Below, piece by piece: positions 9,235-18,489 of a DNA stretch of 64,000 nt; the stretch's first letter is position 1; every line of letters starts with the position of its first letter. The notes under the pieces are model-generated. The model had not been told where the DNA came from. It did no database searches and was given only the letters and a program-made list of their open reading frames with translations. The stretch spans positions 32,001-96,000 of the IMG/VR virus record IMGVR_UViG_3300031993_006627, one strand, 5' to 3'. Made by a program: the position numbers and the translations under genes. The stretch comes from a virus (Duplodnaviria > Caudoviricetes).

Positions 9235-9235
9235 C

Positions 9236-9589
9236 ATGGGATTTTTACACGAATGCCCATCCTGTCACAAGGTGTGCGAGCAGAACATCTGCACAAGAAC
9301 AGATACCAAGGGATATGAGACCGAACTACTGGAATGTTCAGGTTGCAAACATACTTGGTTTGCCACGCACGTGATCACAGAAGTGAATCTGAATATCGTG
9401 ACGTGCCCAAAGTGCGGCAGTCACGAGACGGATGTCAACGAAGGCCCGTGGATCTACGACACCTACATGAAACTCAACCAGGAATGCTATGAATGCGGCC
9501 ATCTGTGGACCGGCATTTATAAACTCCCTGAGAGAATTGGTGTGGAGGATGAATCGGATCCGACGGACGCCATGGAGGATATCAAATGA
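9236..9589 (+). CDS. double zinc-ribbon protein
   Basis: CPSC..CSGCKHTW and CPKCGS..CYECGHLW; AAAGGAG RBS. Confidence 0.75.
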   Translation: MGFLHECPSCHKVCEQNICTRTDTKGYETELLECSGCKHTWFATHVITEVNLNIVTCPKCGSHETDVNEGPWIYDTYMKLNQECYECGHLWTGIYKLPERIGVEDESDPTDAMEDIK

Positions 9590-9768
9590 AATGCCCGAAA
9601 TGCAAAAGTGAAGAGATCTATCTGGAAGACGGTCCGAACTTCGGACACGGCTGTGACGAAGAAATCTACAACGTCTGGCAGTGTGAGAAGTGCGGAGCCC
9701 GATGGGCCGCTTCCTATGAACTCAATCTCATAGACATAGAAATCCTGGAGGAAGGGAACAATGGATAA
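9586..9768 (+). CDS. small zinc-ribbon protein
   Basis: MKCPKC...CEKCGARWAASYEL. Confidence 0.75.
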   Translation: MKCPKCKSEEIYLEDGPNFGHGCDEEIYNVWQCEKCGARWAASYELNLIDIEILEEGNNG

Positions 9769-9934
9769 GCCCCAGTTCTTACCATGCCCGGTCTGCGGCA
9801 GTATGGTGATCGACTACACGCGAGTGCAACCGATTACAGAGCAGCAGATCGTGATCACCCAGAAATGTGAAGCCTGCGGTCATGTGTGGGAAGATACCTT
9901 CTGGGTGGAGCGCAGTACAAACCTGGAGAACTGA
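9761..9934 (+). CDS. small zinc-ribbon protein (57 aa)
   Basis: MDKPQFLPCPVCGS...CEACGHVWEDTF; GGAGG RBS. Confidence 0.7.
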   Translation: MDKPQFLPCPVCGSMVIDYTRVQPITEQQIVITQKCEACGHVWEDTFWVERSTNLEN

Positions 9935-9935
9935 C

Positions 9936-10175
9936 ATGACTATGCAAACAGTATGCCCGCATTGCGGTTATGCAGCTGATTCGGCCAACCTTGCTGTCAT
10001 GGATCCACCTGATCACATGTCGTTTCTCCAATGCTGTGAACGGTGCGGCGAGTACTACACGGACCACTACAAGGTTCATTTCCTCGGTAGCTCCGCTTAT
10101 GGCTGCAACCTTTATCCGGCAGACGGTGAGACCGAAGAGTCTATGACAGCTGCCGGTGTGGAGCTCGACGACTGA
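9936..10175 (+). CDS. small zinc-ribbon protein
   Basis: CPHCG...CERCGEYYTDHYKV; C-tail YPADGETEESMTAAGV shared with 11768. Confidence 0.7.
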   Translation: MTMQTVCPHCGYAADSANLAVMDPPDHMSFLQCCERCGEYYTDHYKVHFLGSSAYGCNLYPADGETEESMTAAGVELDD

Positions 10176-10372
10176 TGGTTATGCCACATGAATGTCTGGA
10201 GTGCGGAGAGCATTCTAATATCGGTATGGATACCACTGTACAGATGACTCCATGTGGCGAACCAAGTCGCCTGGAGTTCACATTCACGTGTCTGCGATGT
10301 AATCACCAGTGGACAGTCACCACCAAGTATTTCACCGTGGATTTCGATAGGAGACCGCCTGATGAAAGGTAA
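10175..10372 (+). CDS. small zinc-ribbon protein
   Basis: CLECG...CLRCNHQW. Confidence 0.7.
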   Translation: MVMPHECLECGEHSNIGMDTTVQMTPCGEPSRLEFTFTCLRCNHQWTVTTKYFTVDFDRRPPDER

Positions 10373-10733
10373 ACAAACAATCAACTACGAAGGCCATAAG
10401 ATCGGCGACAAGGTGTGGATCTGGGTGGGCTGGTGCAAACTGCTCACCCAGGTCGAAATCCTGGGCATGACACTCTGGTTCTATGAAGACGAACCGGATA
10501 AATCTCACCCGGATTACACGGTCAAGTTCGTTGATCCCAATGGAGAAACTCAGACCTACACGTTCCAGGAGGATGACGTCTACGACACCGCAGAGGAAGC
10601 TATCAGAGCCGCCATCAAGGAGGAAGAGACGGATCTTACTGAGAACAAGGAGATCATCCAGCGGCAGGAGTTCAGCCTTGACTGGCTCAGGCGCCGCCTT
10701 GTACAGGAGACAGCTGATGGCTCTGAAGCATAA
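10362..10733 (+). CDS. hypothetical KOW/SH3-like protein
   Basis: 'HKIGDKVWIW...DVYDTAEEA'; AGGAG RBS. Confidence 0.65.
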   Translation: MKGKQTINYEGHKIGDKVWIWVGWCKLLTQVEILGMTLWFYEDEPDKSHPDYTVKFVDPNGETQTYTFQEDDVYDTAEEAIRAAIKEEETDLTENKEIIQRQEFSLDWLRRRLVQETADGSEA

Positions 10734-10941
10734 GTGCCCGAAGTGCGGAGAACTGACGATCCAGATTGTGGACCACGAGTTCCGCCTCAAGGGCGTCATG
10801 ATCCTGTGGCGCATCTGTGAAAACTGCGGGCATAAGTGGCGTGAAGTCTACAACCTCAGCTTCTTCCAGGGGCTCCCGTGGATCAAGCCGCCGCATAACG
10901 ACGGAGAAGATATATTCGAGGAGGATGACGATGGCTATTGA
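10717..10941 (+). CDS. small zinc-ribbon protein
   Basis: MALKHKCPKCG...CENCGHKWREVYNL. Confidence 0.75.
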   Translation: MALKHKCPKCGELTIQIVDHEFRLKGVMILWRICENCGHKWREVYNLSFFQGLPWIKPPHNDGEDIFEEDDDGY

Positions 10942-11368
10942 ATCCATGTCGCAACTGATCCAGCATGTCAAAAATCACGACGACATCACAGGAAGATGTG
11001 CCGTGATTTTGTCGTTCTGGGCGCACTACTATGAGAAGTCGAGCCATTATCGCAGTATCTCGGTGATAGACTGGGGTCTGCATCAAGGAAAAACAGCGCT
11101 GGAAATCTCTGCCAGTTACAGAGCCTGGGACAGGACGTCCATGGCGATCAGAGGATCCAGTTTCCCAGCGATGTACCTGTTCATGCCGATAGAAGATGTC
11201 GAAGCAGACATCAAGAAACGCCGGCGTGAATACGACAAGGAGATCCGCAAGGAGCGGAAGGCGCAGGAACGTGAGGACCAGGAAAAACGAGACGCCCGGA
11301 TCGAACGGGAATATGCCGAGCTCCAGGAGCGTCGTGCTAAGAAACAAAAGAAAGGAACCAAGAAATGA
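10931..11368 (+). CDS. hypothetical protein with charged coiled-coil tail
   Basis: GAGGAGG RBS; K/E/R-rich C-terminus. Confidence 0.65.
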   Translation: MAIESMSQLIQHVKNHDDITGRCAVILSFWAHYYEKSSHYRSISVIDWGLHQGKTALEISASYRAWDRTSMAIRGSSFPAMYLFMPIEDVEADIKKRRREYDKEIRKERKAQEREDQEKRDARIEREYAELQERRAKKQKKGTKK

Positions 11369-11766
11369 AATTCCGCAAGAAACCTGTTGTCATCGAGGCT
11401 ATCCAATGGACGGGCGACAACGTTGAAGAAATCGGCGAGTTCATGACTGGTGTCCACTGGGCAATGGCAGGTGATCGCGATCCGGTTATTCCCACGCTGG
11501 AAGGGGACATGAAGGTCTCAGTGAACGACTGGATCATCAGAGGCGTGAAAGGGGAATACTATCCCTGCAAGCCCGACATCTTCGAGGCCACCTACGAGCC
11601 CGCGATGAATGAACAGTCTGTGAAATGTCCGGAGTGCGGCGGTACCACTGACCAGGATATCATTATATCCACAGAGGTCCCGCAGTACAGAAAGACCATG
11701 CAACTGCGTGTCTGCAAGCGCTGCGGCAGGGATTTCGTCACAGAGCTCTCCACAAGGGAATTCTGA
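11365..11766 (+). CDS. conserved phage protein (KKPVVIEA...TLEG...YPCKPDIF family) with appended zinc ribbon
   Basis: Signature MKFRKKPVVIEAIQWTG...IPTLEGDM...WIIRGVKGEYYPCKPDIFEATYE, then CPECG...CKRCG. Confidence 0.8.
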   Translation: MKFRKKPVVIEAIQWTGDNVEEIGEFMTGVHWAMAGDRDPVIPTLEGDMKVSVNDWIIRGVKGEYYPCKPDIFEATYEPAMNEQSVKCPECGGTTDQDIIISTEVPQYRKTMQLRVCKRCGRDFVTELSTREF

Positions 11767-11767
11767 C

Positions 11768-12076
11768 ATGGAGACGAAATGTCCGACATGTGGTCATGAG
11801 CGCTCCATACCACTTGGAGAGCTATTTGACAACCAGCGGGGTTCTTCTGAAGGATCGCGCAAGGATGGCTTATTCGGCTTTTGGCTCATCTGTCCGGAAT
11901 GCCATGAAGCATACATGGAATGGGTCAAGGTGCAGCGTCTCGGCGTTACTGTGGACGACGCCATTGCGACCATACCGCACAGATTCTTCTACCCTGCCGA
12001 AGGGCAGACAGAGGAATCTATGGTCGCAGCAGGTGTCCAGAAACTCGGTTCTATCATGAAAGGATCTGACAAATGA
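11768..12076 (+). CDS. zinc-ribbon protein
   Basis: CPTCG...CPECHE; tail FYPAEGQTEESMVAAGV. Confidence 0.7.
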   Translation: METKCPTCGHERSIPLGELFDNQRGSSEGSRKDGLFGFWLICPECHEAYMEWVKVQRLGVTVDDAIATIPHRFFYPAEGQTEESMVAAGVQKLGSIMKGSDK

Positions 12077-12267
12077 TTAAACCACAAGTCTGCTCCCGTT
12101 GCGGAAGCGAGAACATCTGGCGAGTCTTCAGCCATAAGGAAGGAGACGACGAATACGCCATGATGGTGACTTGCAAGAGCTGCGGCTATGATTGGCTGGA
12201 GCATTACGAAACTAGGCTGGTCCGTATCGAACTGGTGCATTTCAACAAAAAGGACTCTGACAAATGA
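12073..12267 (+). CDS. small zinc-ribbon protein
   Basis: CSRCGSENI...GDDEY...CKSCGYDWLEHYE. Confidence 0.75.
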   Translation: MIKPQVCSRCGSENIWRVFSHKEGDDEYAMMVTCKSCGYDWLEHYETRLVRIELVHFNKKDSDK

Positions 12268-12527
12268 CCCTGAAGATCGGAATTGGTATCCTGATTGCAG
12301 GGCTCGTGCTGATGTCGCCGGTGTTCTTCCTGCTGATACGGGATATCTTCAAGAAGATCATGAATGAGTTCAAGAGCGACTTCCCAGTAACCGCCTATGT
12401 CATCGGTGTGGCCCTGCTCATAACAGGACTGTTCGTGTGCGCCCTCGCCCTGGGGCTGCGCAACCAGAAGCAATCAGAGGCTGACGCACAACCAATGAAG
12501 GAGACAACCACCAACAATCAACCATAG
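12264..12527 (+). CDS. small 2-TM membrane protein
   Basis: Two hydrophobic helices. Confidence 0.7.
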   Translation: MTLKIGIGILIAGLVLMSPVFFLLIRDIFKKIMNEFKSDFPVTAYVIGVALLITGLFVCALALGLRNQKQSEADAQPMKETTTNNQP

Positions 12528-12537
12528 GAGTACCCAA

Positions 12538-12786
12538 ATGAGCAAGAACCTGTACGGGCTGGTCTTCGTGGAAACACATGATTGCAGCCCGGAATCGTAT
12601 GATGTGTTCGACAACGGCACCAAGATAGCCACTGTGACGTATGACTGGGGGAAGATGACCTGTACGAAAAAAGGCAAGGTCGTCTATACCAGAGACGCGG
12701 AATACAACTGGCTGTCCAGATTCCGCAATGACAAGGAACGCACGGACTGGCTTGAGGATGCCGCGAGACACATCAAGGCCGCATAA
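12538..12786 (+). CDS. hypothetical protein
   Basis: AGGAG RBS; 'CSPESYDVF.NG..IATV.Y.WG' motif. Confidence 0.7.
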   Translation: MSKNLYGLVFVETHDCSPESYDVFDNGTKIATVTYDWGKMTCTKKGKVVYTRDAEYNWLSRFRNDKERTDWLEDAARHIKAA

Positions 12787-12822
12787 GAGCTTTGCGCCAT
12801 TACGCTGCAGGTATTGTAGCAC

Positions 12823-12865
12823 AAGGGCAGTGGTTCCAACACACGGAGCCCCTGCCCTTTCTTTT
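12823..12865 (+). terminator. intrinsic terminator
   Basis: AAGGGCAG.GGTTCC...GGAGCC.CTGCCCTT then TCTTTT. Confidence 0.65.
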
Positions 12866-12888
12866 ACAATCCGCACGGGAATAAAAGA

Positions 12889-13062
12889 ATGGACGAGAAG
12901 GACTCCAGGAAGTATGGCATACCGATCTATACGCAGACACAGATGGACGAGTTGAAGAAGCTGTACATTTCACTTATCTGCGCCGCGATGTTCTTTGCGT
13001 TCTGCCTGGGATTCGTGTGCGGACATCTTGATCTCCAGAAGTTGGCGGACTTCTTCAGATAA
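12889..13062 (+). CDS. small single-TM protein (57 aa)
   Basis: MDEKDSRK...LYISLICAAMFFAFCLGFVCG; below the ORF-track cutoff. Confidence 0.55.
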   Translation: MDEKDSRKYGIPIYTQTQMDELKKLYISLICAAMFFAFCLGFVCGHLDLQKLADFFR

Positions 13063-13147
13063 GGCGGCAAGGGTCTTCGACGGTTTTCCTCCTTTGCTGC
13101 CGGACGGCGGTCACTGCTTTCATCCTTTCCAGTGGCCGCTGTCTTTT
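13063..13147 (+). terminator. double hairpin ending in terminator
   Basis: GGCGGCAAGGG/CCTTTGCTGCC and GACGGCGGTCACTG/CAGTGGCCGCTGTC plus TTTT. Confidence 0.6.
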
Positions 13148-13199
13148 ATTGTAGAACGCACGCTGTTTAATGAGAACAACATAAGGAGACACTCCCACT

Positions 13200-13886
13200 A
13201 TGTCCACATACGAAGTCATACAGATGCATGATGCACAGGATTCGTCCAAGCTGCAATTCCCCAAGGTTCCGCTGGAAGCGCTGATAGAGGATGTCAACCA
13301 TCTGACAACACCCTATGGAATTCCCGCCAGAGTCACGGAGCTTCTCGCCCTGTCAGCAACAGCTCCCACTCCCACGAAGGCAGGCCAGCACTACTACAAC
13401 ACGGCAACGCACAAGATCCATACGTCGGAAACAAGCGGTGCGACATTCACATGGGATGCGGGACAGGAGCCGCAGGCAGGCATTCTCTATAAGGTGCCAC
13501 AGCAGAGTGGATCCAGCGATACTCTTTACGTAAAGAGTATCGATGCTCTGGGTATCGGGCTGCATGCGATTGGTGTGTACCAGTACAATGGCCCGTTCTG
13601 GTGTGCAGGGGTCAAGTCGGGCACGACATGGGTTGTCGCAGTGGAGTCAGGCAACGTGTACGCAGGCTGGAAGGAGTACACTGTGGCAAGGAATACCAGC
13701 GGTATCACACTGGAAGCAGGGCAGACGCTTTATCTGGTGGGGACCAACGGATCCACAGATGCCACGTTCCAATATACCACAAATGCTTCTGTCACGGGAG
13801 ACATGAGAGTCCGCATCGCATATAACAACGCAGGCAATCTTGTACAGTGTCAATACGGAGATATCCAGACGAATGCATTGACGTAA
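13200..13886 (+). CDS. putative virion/tail-associated beta-rich protein
   Basis: T/G/S-rich; TAAGGAG RBS; lies before a large fibre gene. Confidence 0.55.
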   Translation: MSTYEVIQMHDAQDSSKLQFPKVPLEALIEDVNHLTTPYGIPARVTELLALSATAPTPTKAGQHYYNTATHKIHTSETSGATFTWDAGQEPQAGILYKVPQQSGSSDTLYVKSIDALGIGLHAIGVYQYNGPFWCAGVKSGTTWVVAVESGNVYAGWKEYTVARNTSGITLEAGQTLYLVGTNGSTDATFQYTTNASVTGDMRVRIAYNNAGNLVQCQYGDIQTNALT

Positions 13887-13909
13887 TATTCCACTCCAGG
13901 TGGAAAATC
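13885..13909. repeat. 25-bp pseudo-palindromic site, copy 2
   Basis: AATATTCCACT-CCA-GGTGGAAAATC. Confidence 0.8.
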
Positions 13910-13980
13910 CCGGTAGTGTTACGCCGCTTCTATTGTAACACGATACTCTCTTATAATGGTTGCAACCCAGGAGATTCAAC

Positions 13981-14280
13981 ATGTATGACACAAAGCCCGA
14001 ATTGATCGGCATCTACAACAACGGCGTGAAAGGCGGCGGTGGAGGCGGCGGTGGCTCCGGAAGCACAATCACCATCACAGTACCGAATGCTACTCTCACG
14101 GATCCCGGTGTCGTTGTTACCGGGAATACCACCAGTGAAAGCGTCACCAGCGAAACTGTCAATGTCGTTCCTACTATGTGGTGGTTCCAGCAGGAAGTTG
14201 CCCGGCTGGACCTTCGCATCGACAACGCACAGGGAACTGTGATGTACACCAAAATCGCACAATATCCACCTGAAGACTAA
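13981..14280 (+). CDS. putative tail-fibre-associated small protein
   Basis: AGGAG RBS before ATG 13981; poly-Gly and 'NATLTDPGVV' (fibre-like AT...G.V motif). Confidence 0.55.
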   Translation: MYDTKPELIGIYNNGVKGGGGGGGGSGSTITITVPNATLTDPGVVVTGNTTSESVTSETVNVVPTMWWFQQEVARLDLRIDNAQGTVMYTKIAQYPPED

Positions 14281-14292
14281 AGGAGTCTACAT

Positions 14293-17200
14293 ATGAGCCA
14301 AGTTTACATGACAGCGAAACTCAATCTCGCGGATGGCACTATCATCTATCCGCAGGTTTCCTTGGATAATATCGTCGCCAGCATCAGCAACCCCACGCTG
14401 GTGTCCGTGGCTACTACGGCAGATGTGTCTGCACAGATGTCAACCAAACAAGATACACTTACGGAGGGTCCTGGCGTGCAAATCCTTAACGGCAGCACCA
14501 TTTCTTTCAACGGCACCACGCTGGATGTCACCACCATCATGGAGACAGAGAGCAATGGTGTGCACCTTTCTCTGGATGGGGCCAACGTCAGCGTCGTGGC
14601 TAACCTTGCTGCCAACGACAGCGCCGGTGTTATTGCCGGTGCGGCTGATGGTGTCACACTGGATAATGGCGTCGTGAAGGCGAATATCGGCGACGGTCTG
14701 CTGGTTGAAGACAGCCAGATTGCTATTGATGAAGCCACCGTGGAGCAGGTTCTCCAGGGCGGTACTGCTACATGGACGGAAGGTGCCGGCGGCTGGTCCC
14801 AGTCTGTTGTGCTCGCCGATGACAAGGTGGACACTCCGGCGAATCTGCGTGGCGCTCTTTCCGTGGGACAGGCTGTAGATGTCAGCTGTGCGCCGTATAA
14901 CAACAGCGGCAGTATCGTTTATGTGAACGATGATTTCCTTCAGGGCTTTACAGCCACGATGGTCAATGGCACCAAGGTCGGGTTCTACGATACCACGACG
15001 CACAGGTTCCCGAAGTTTGCCGACGGTCTGGTCTACCTTTTCATTGCCAATGTTTCGGGTTCAGGCACGGTTACACCGAATGGTGCATCCGCTGTTACAC
15101 TGTCCGATACGCCGCAGCGCATTTGGACGAAGGTAACGGCAGCTGACTCCGGCTACATCTCCGCATCTGCCAACGCGACCATGACTGTAACCAACTGGCG
15201 CCAGTATGAAGTCACCGCGCTCACAGACGAAGCCATCGCTTACATCGCCAGTCTTCCGGATCCCGACCAGTTCTTCCGCAGCTCCACGATCTTCCAGGTC
15301 CGCGACAAGTACCTCGTGAAGCAGGACATGGTCTGCCCCTGGATCTATACCATCGGCATGCCCGACAACAGCGATCTTACGGTCGCCGCCGGTCTGAGCT
15401 ACAAGATCAAGTATACCAATGACAATCCGCACAAGATCACCGTGGATACCATCCCCACGGATGCCTACGGCTGGGATACTCACGTGCAGATGTTCATCAA
15501 GGGTACATCTTCCATCCAGTTCCAGCACCCGCTGATCCTGATGGACGCTCTTACGCCGAATGCCGGCCACAACCTGATCATCAAGTACCGCAACGGCGAT
15601 GCCCTGGTGTACGTGGATGACACCAACGCCGGTAACATAGTGGTCGCAGCCACAGGTACGACTGCAGGCACACTGAACTACTTCCTTCAGCAGGATCCCG
15701 GCAGTGGCAATGAAAACTATATCATCTTTGCGCCTGCTACCGATGGTCTTACCTGTGATGCCGGTACAGTGTCCGTGGCTTATAATACGGATATTCTCGG
15801 CAACGGCATGGACAAGACGGCGATCAGCGGCATCTGTACCATCGGATACAACAAGGTCATGAATCTGCAGGACCTGACGATCAGCGGCAGCACGATCAAT
15901 GGAGCCGGAACGGTGAACTTTGATAATGTTTCGCTGAGTAACGTTGATTTGTCCGTTACGGTCAGCGAATACGGCACAGTTATTGTTCCGGCGGGCAGCA
16001 CAGTTACGGGCAGCGGATACTTTCTTAAAGGTAAGTCACTTATTATAAATGGTACTCTATACAAAAAGGGTGCAAAGTCCCATTTTATAGATGGTGACGG
16101 GACCGGCGTGATCGACGGCGGCGGCTCTATGAGTGATCTTATCAGTCTCTATCTGTCCAACGAGAGTTATATTATAAAAAACATAACGGTCACAGGAGGT
16201 TCCTCCTCGACGTCCGGCGGCGCATCCTGGGTCACAGATATAAAAGACGCCTATTTCTATAACTGCACTTTCCAGGGAAATACAGCGAGTTCTGCCAGCA
16301 GAGATTTTTACTTGAAGGTGATAACTGGGGAAATCGTTTTTGATGGGTGCAAGTTCTTGGACGAGTATCCTATCATGCATACCAATTCCTGCAACGTGCT
16401 GAAGATTGTTGACTGCACTTTTACGGCTCAGATCAGAATCATCACCACCGCTCCAAGTGGCTCAACACCATCATACAGGGGCAAACTGATTTTTGCCGGC
16501 ACAAATAAGATTAACAGTCGTATCTGTGGCCCCAGCACAGCCGCCAGTTATAACTATATAGGCTGTGACACTTATCTGTCTGCTGGAAGTGTACTGGATT
16601 TTATGGATTATGCATTACCCGTGACTACCGCGTTTCTTACCTATACAAGTTTTGCAGAGGCCAACTCACTTGGGAAATACATCTTTGTTTCCGACGATGT
16701 TTCCGTGATATCGCCCGGTGGTACGACCGCTTCCATAGACGGATGCAGGATTGACGGTTTGTTTGTGACTGGTATGGTCAGAAACATTGAAGATGGCGTC
16801 GTTACGATTACCGGCTCCACTGCAAATCCGTGGAAAGCGACCAACGTCATCTTTGCCTCACCCCTCGATGCTTCCGCCGCTTCCACGGTCAAGCTCTCCG
16901 GCACCACGTTCACCAGTGGCTCCCTTATTTCCGGTCAGCCTACCCGTATCCAGCTGCCTGCGTCTACTACCGTCAGCCTCTCCGGCAATACCAACGCGGC
17001 TGACACCAAGATCATTCAGGCACCGATCATCGTGGTCGGCGACGATCCGGCTGCTCCGAGCGGCAGCGCCACTGTTGTCAACGCGGCCGGTACCACCAGC
17101 ACTATCAGCGGCATCGGCACCTACATCGACAAGGAAGGCGACAACGACTTTGTGGCTAATAATTCCACTAATGTTGTTCCAGTTGATAATTCTACTACTG

Positions 17201-18381
17201 GTGCTAAATATCTTGGTACTGTTCTCTCGGCTACTACTGGTGAAACTGGTGCTAATAGGTTCGCAAAGATTGACAGTGGCGCGGTTGCTGTTGTGGATGG
17301 GGCTGTGAATGCTGTAAACAAGCAGATTATCACACACGATTACGAGCCTATTATTGGTGGTACTTTCTCATTGACTTCAGCTACCGTAAATGAAGCTACT
17401 AAGACCGTAGCTATTCAGTCTGGTGGTGCTATAAGTGTTGATGATATTCGTGGTGGAAACGATAGTATTATTGACCTTAATGAGAAATTGTTTGCTAAGT
17501 TTGCTAGTAGATCTGCTAGTATAAGTGGCTTTACTATAACTAATGGTGGTCAATCAGGTAATGGTGGTGGGGTTATACAATTTAGCGGTTCAGATAAGCA
17601 ACTTAATATTAGTAATTGTTCTTTCACAAATAATTATACTGGTGGCACTTATACTCTTAATGTCATTGACAATGAAGCTGGTACAGTAATGATAACTGAT
17701 TGTTACTTCGGTTCTCAAAAGAATAGCAATAGAATCATTAAAACTAGAGCTGCAGGGACTACCATTATCGAAGGTTCTACTATCTATGGATTCGTAACTT
17801 TTGTAGGTGGTCCAGGAGGTTCTTATGTATTATCTGGTTATAATTATTTCAATGGATCACTATCAGCTTCCAATTCTAATGCTGGTACTGTAACACTCAC
17901 CAGCGGCGCTGTCCTCGACCTCACGGGCAACGCGACCGTCACACCTATTGCTCCTGGTGTCGGCGTTACGTTCGAGGCTGGCGGTGCAACTGTCTACCCA
18001 TCTGCCGGTTCTGCCTCTGCCTATGTGCTCGGCGGCATGACTGTTCCGCAGATCGGGAACACCAATGTTGTGAACCTGAGTGGCGGTACGGCTATCGTGC
18101 CAGTCAACACACAGGCATACGCCAGCGGAGCCATTTTCAGCAGCGGAAACGTGTTCGTCTCCAGCGGCGGCACACTCACGCTTGGAACTGTCGGGTTGCA
18201 GGAAATTGCGGGGGAAAGCGGCGCAGTCATTATCAGCTCCGGCGCATCGGTCAATCTCACGTCCAGCATTGCTCCCGGCGGCGGAATCACTGTTCTTACT
18301 GGTGGTTGCAAAGTGAACGGCAATACCATCCCTGCCGGAACGTACACCAGCATTGACAGTAATGGTAGTGCCACTGTTTGA
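14293..18381 (+). CDS. large tail fibre/tailspike-like adhesin with beta-helix modules (1362 aa)
   Basis: 'KQDTLT.G.G..I' fibre motif; pectin-lyase-like repeats (TVTGG...GG, NCTFQGN, NCSFTNN); C-terminal SSGG repeats. Confidence 0.65.
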   Translation: MSQVYMTAKLNLADGTIIYPQVSLDNIVASISNPTLVSVATTADVSAQMSTKQDTLTEGPGVQILNGSTISFNGTTLDVTTIMETESNGVHLSLDGANVSVVANLAANDSAGVIAGAADGVTLDNGVVKANIGDGLLVEDSQIAIDEATVEQVLQGGTATWTEGAGGWSQSVVLADDKVDTPANLRGALSVGQAVDVSCAPYNNSGSIVYVNDDFLQGFTATMVNGTKVGFYDTTTHRFPKFADGLVYLFIANVSGSGTVTPNGASAVTLSDTPQRIWTKVTAADSGYISASANATMTVTNWRQYEVTALTDEAIAYIASLPDPDQFFRSSTIFQVRDKYLVKQDMVCPWIYTIGMPDNSDLTVAAGLSYKIKYTNDNPHKITVDTIPTDAYGWDTHVQMFIKGTSSIQFQHPLILMDALTPNAGHNLIIKYRNGDALVYVDDTNAGNIVVAATGTTAGTLNYFLQQDPGSGNENYIIFAPATDGLTCDAGTVSVAYNTDILGNGMDKTAISGICTIGYNKVMNLQDLTISGSTINGAGTVNFDNVSLSNVDLSVTVSEYGTVIVPAGSTVTGSGYFLKGKSLIINGTLYKKGAKSHFIDGDGTGVIDGGGSMSDLISLYLSNESYIIKNITVTGGSSSTSGGASWVTDIKDAYFYNCTFQGNTASSASRDFYLKVITGEIVFDGCKFLDEYPIMHTNSCNVLKIVDCTFTAQIRIITTAPSGSTPSYRGKLIFAGTNKINSRICGPSTAASYNYIGCDTYLSAGSVLDFMDYALPVTTAFLTYTSFAEANSLGKYIFVSDDVSVISPGGTTASIDGCRIDGLFVTGMVRNIEDGVVTITGSTANPWKATNVIFASPLDASAASTVKLSGTTFTSGSLISGQPTRIQLPASTTVSLSGNTNAADTKIIQAPIIVVGDDPAAPSGSATVVNAAGTTSTISGIGTYIDKEGDNDFVANNSTNVVPVDNSTTGAKYLGTVLSATTGETGANRFAKIDSGAVAVVDGAVNAVNKQIITHDYEPIIGGTFSLTSATVNEATKTVAIQSGGAISVDDIRGGNDSIIDLNEKLFAKFASRSASISGFTITNGGQSGNGGGVIQFSGSDKQLNISNCSFTNNYTGGTYTLNVIDNEAGTVMITDCYFGSQKNSNRIIKTRAAGTTIIEGSTIYGFVTFVGGPGGSYVLSGYNYFNGSLSASNSNAGTVTLTSGAVLDLTGNATVTPIAPGVGVTFEAGGATVYPSAGSASAYVLGGMTVPQIGNTNVVNLSGGTAIVPVNTQAYASGAIFSSGNVFVSSGGTLTLGTVGLQEIAGESGAVIISSGASVNLTSSIAPGGGITVLTGGCKVNGNTIPAGTYTSIDSNGSATV

Positions 18382-18403
18382 CACATCTGCCAGTACAGAT
18401 ACT

Positions 18404-18437
18404 AGCCCTCCTGGGAGTAATCCTGGGAGGGCTTTTT
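18404..18437 (+). terminator. intrinsic terminator
   Basis: AGCCCTCC...GGAGGGCT TTTT. Confidence 0.75.
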
Positions 18438-18489
18438 CATGCTCGTATAGTAAGACAACCGCTAAACCCAAACAGAAAGGATTCCCGCT

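Noticed and set aside
17186-17210. ATAATTCTACT-ACT-GGTGCTAAATA as an extra copy of the 25-bp site
   Set aside because: Wrong centre and several right-arm mismatches within an AT-rich coding segment.
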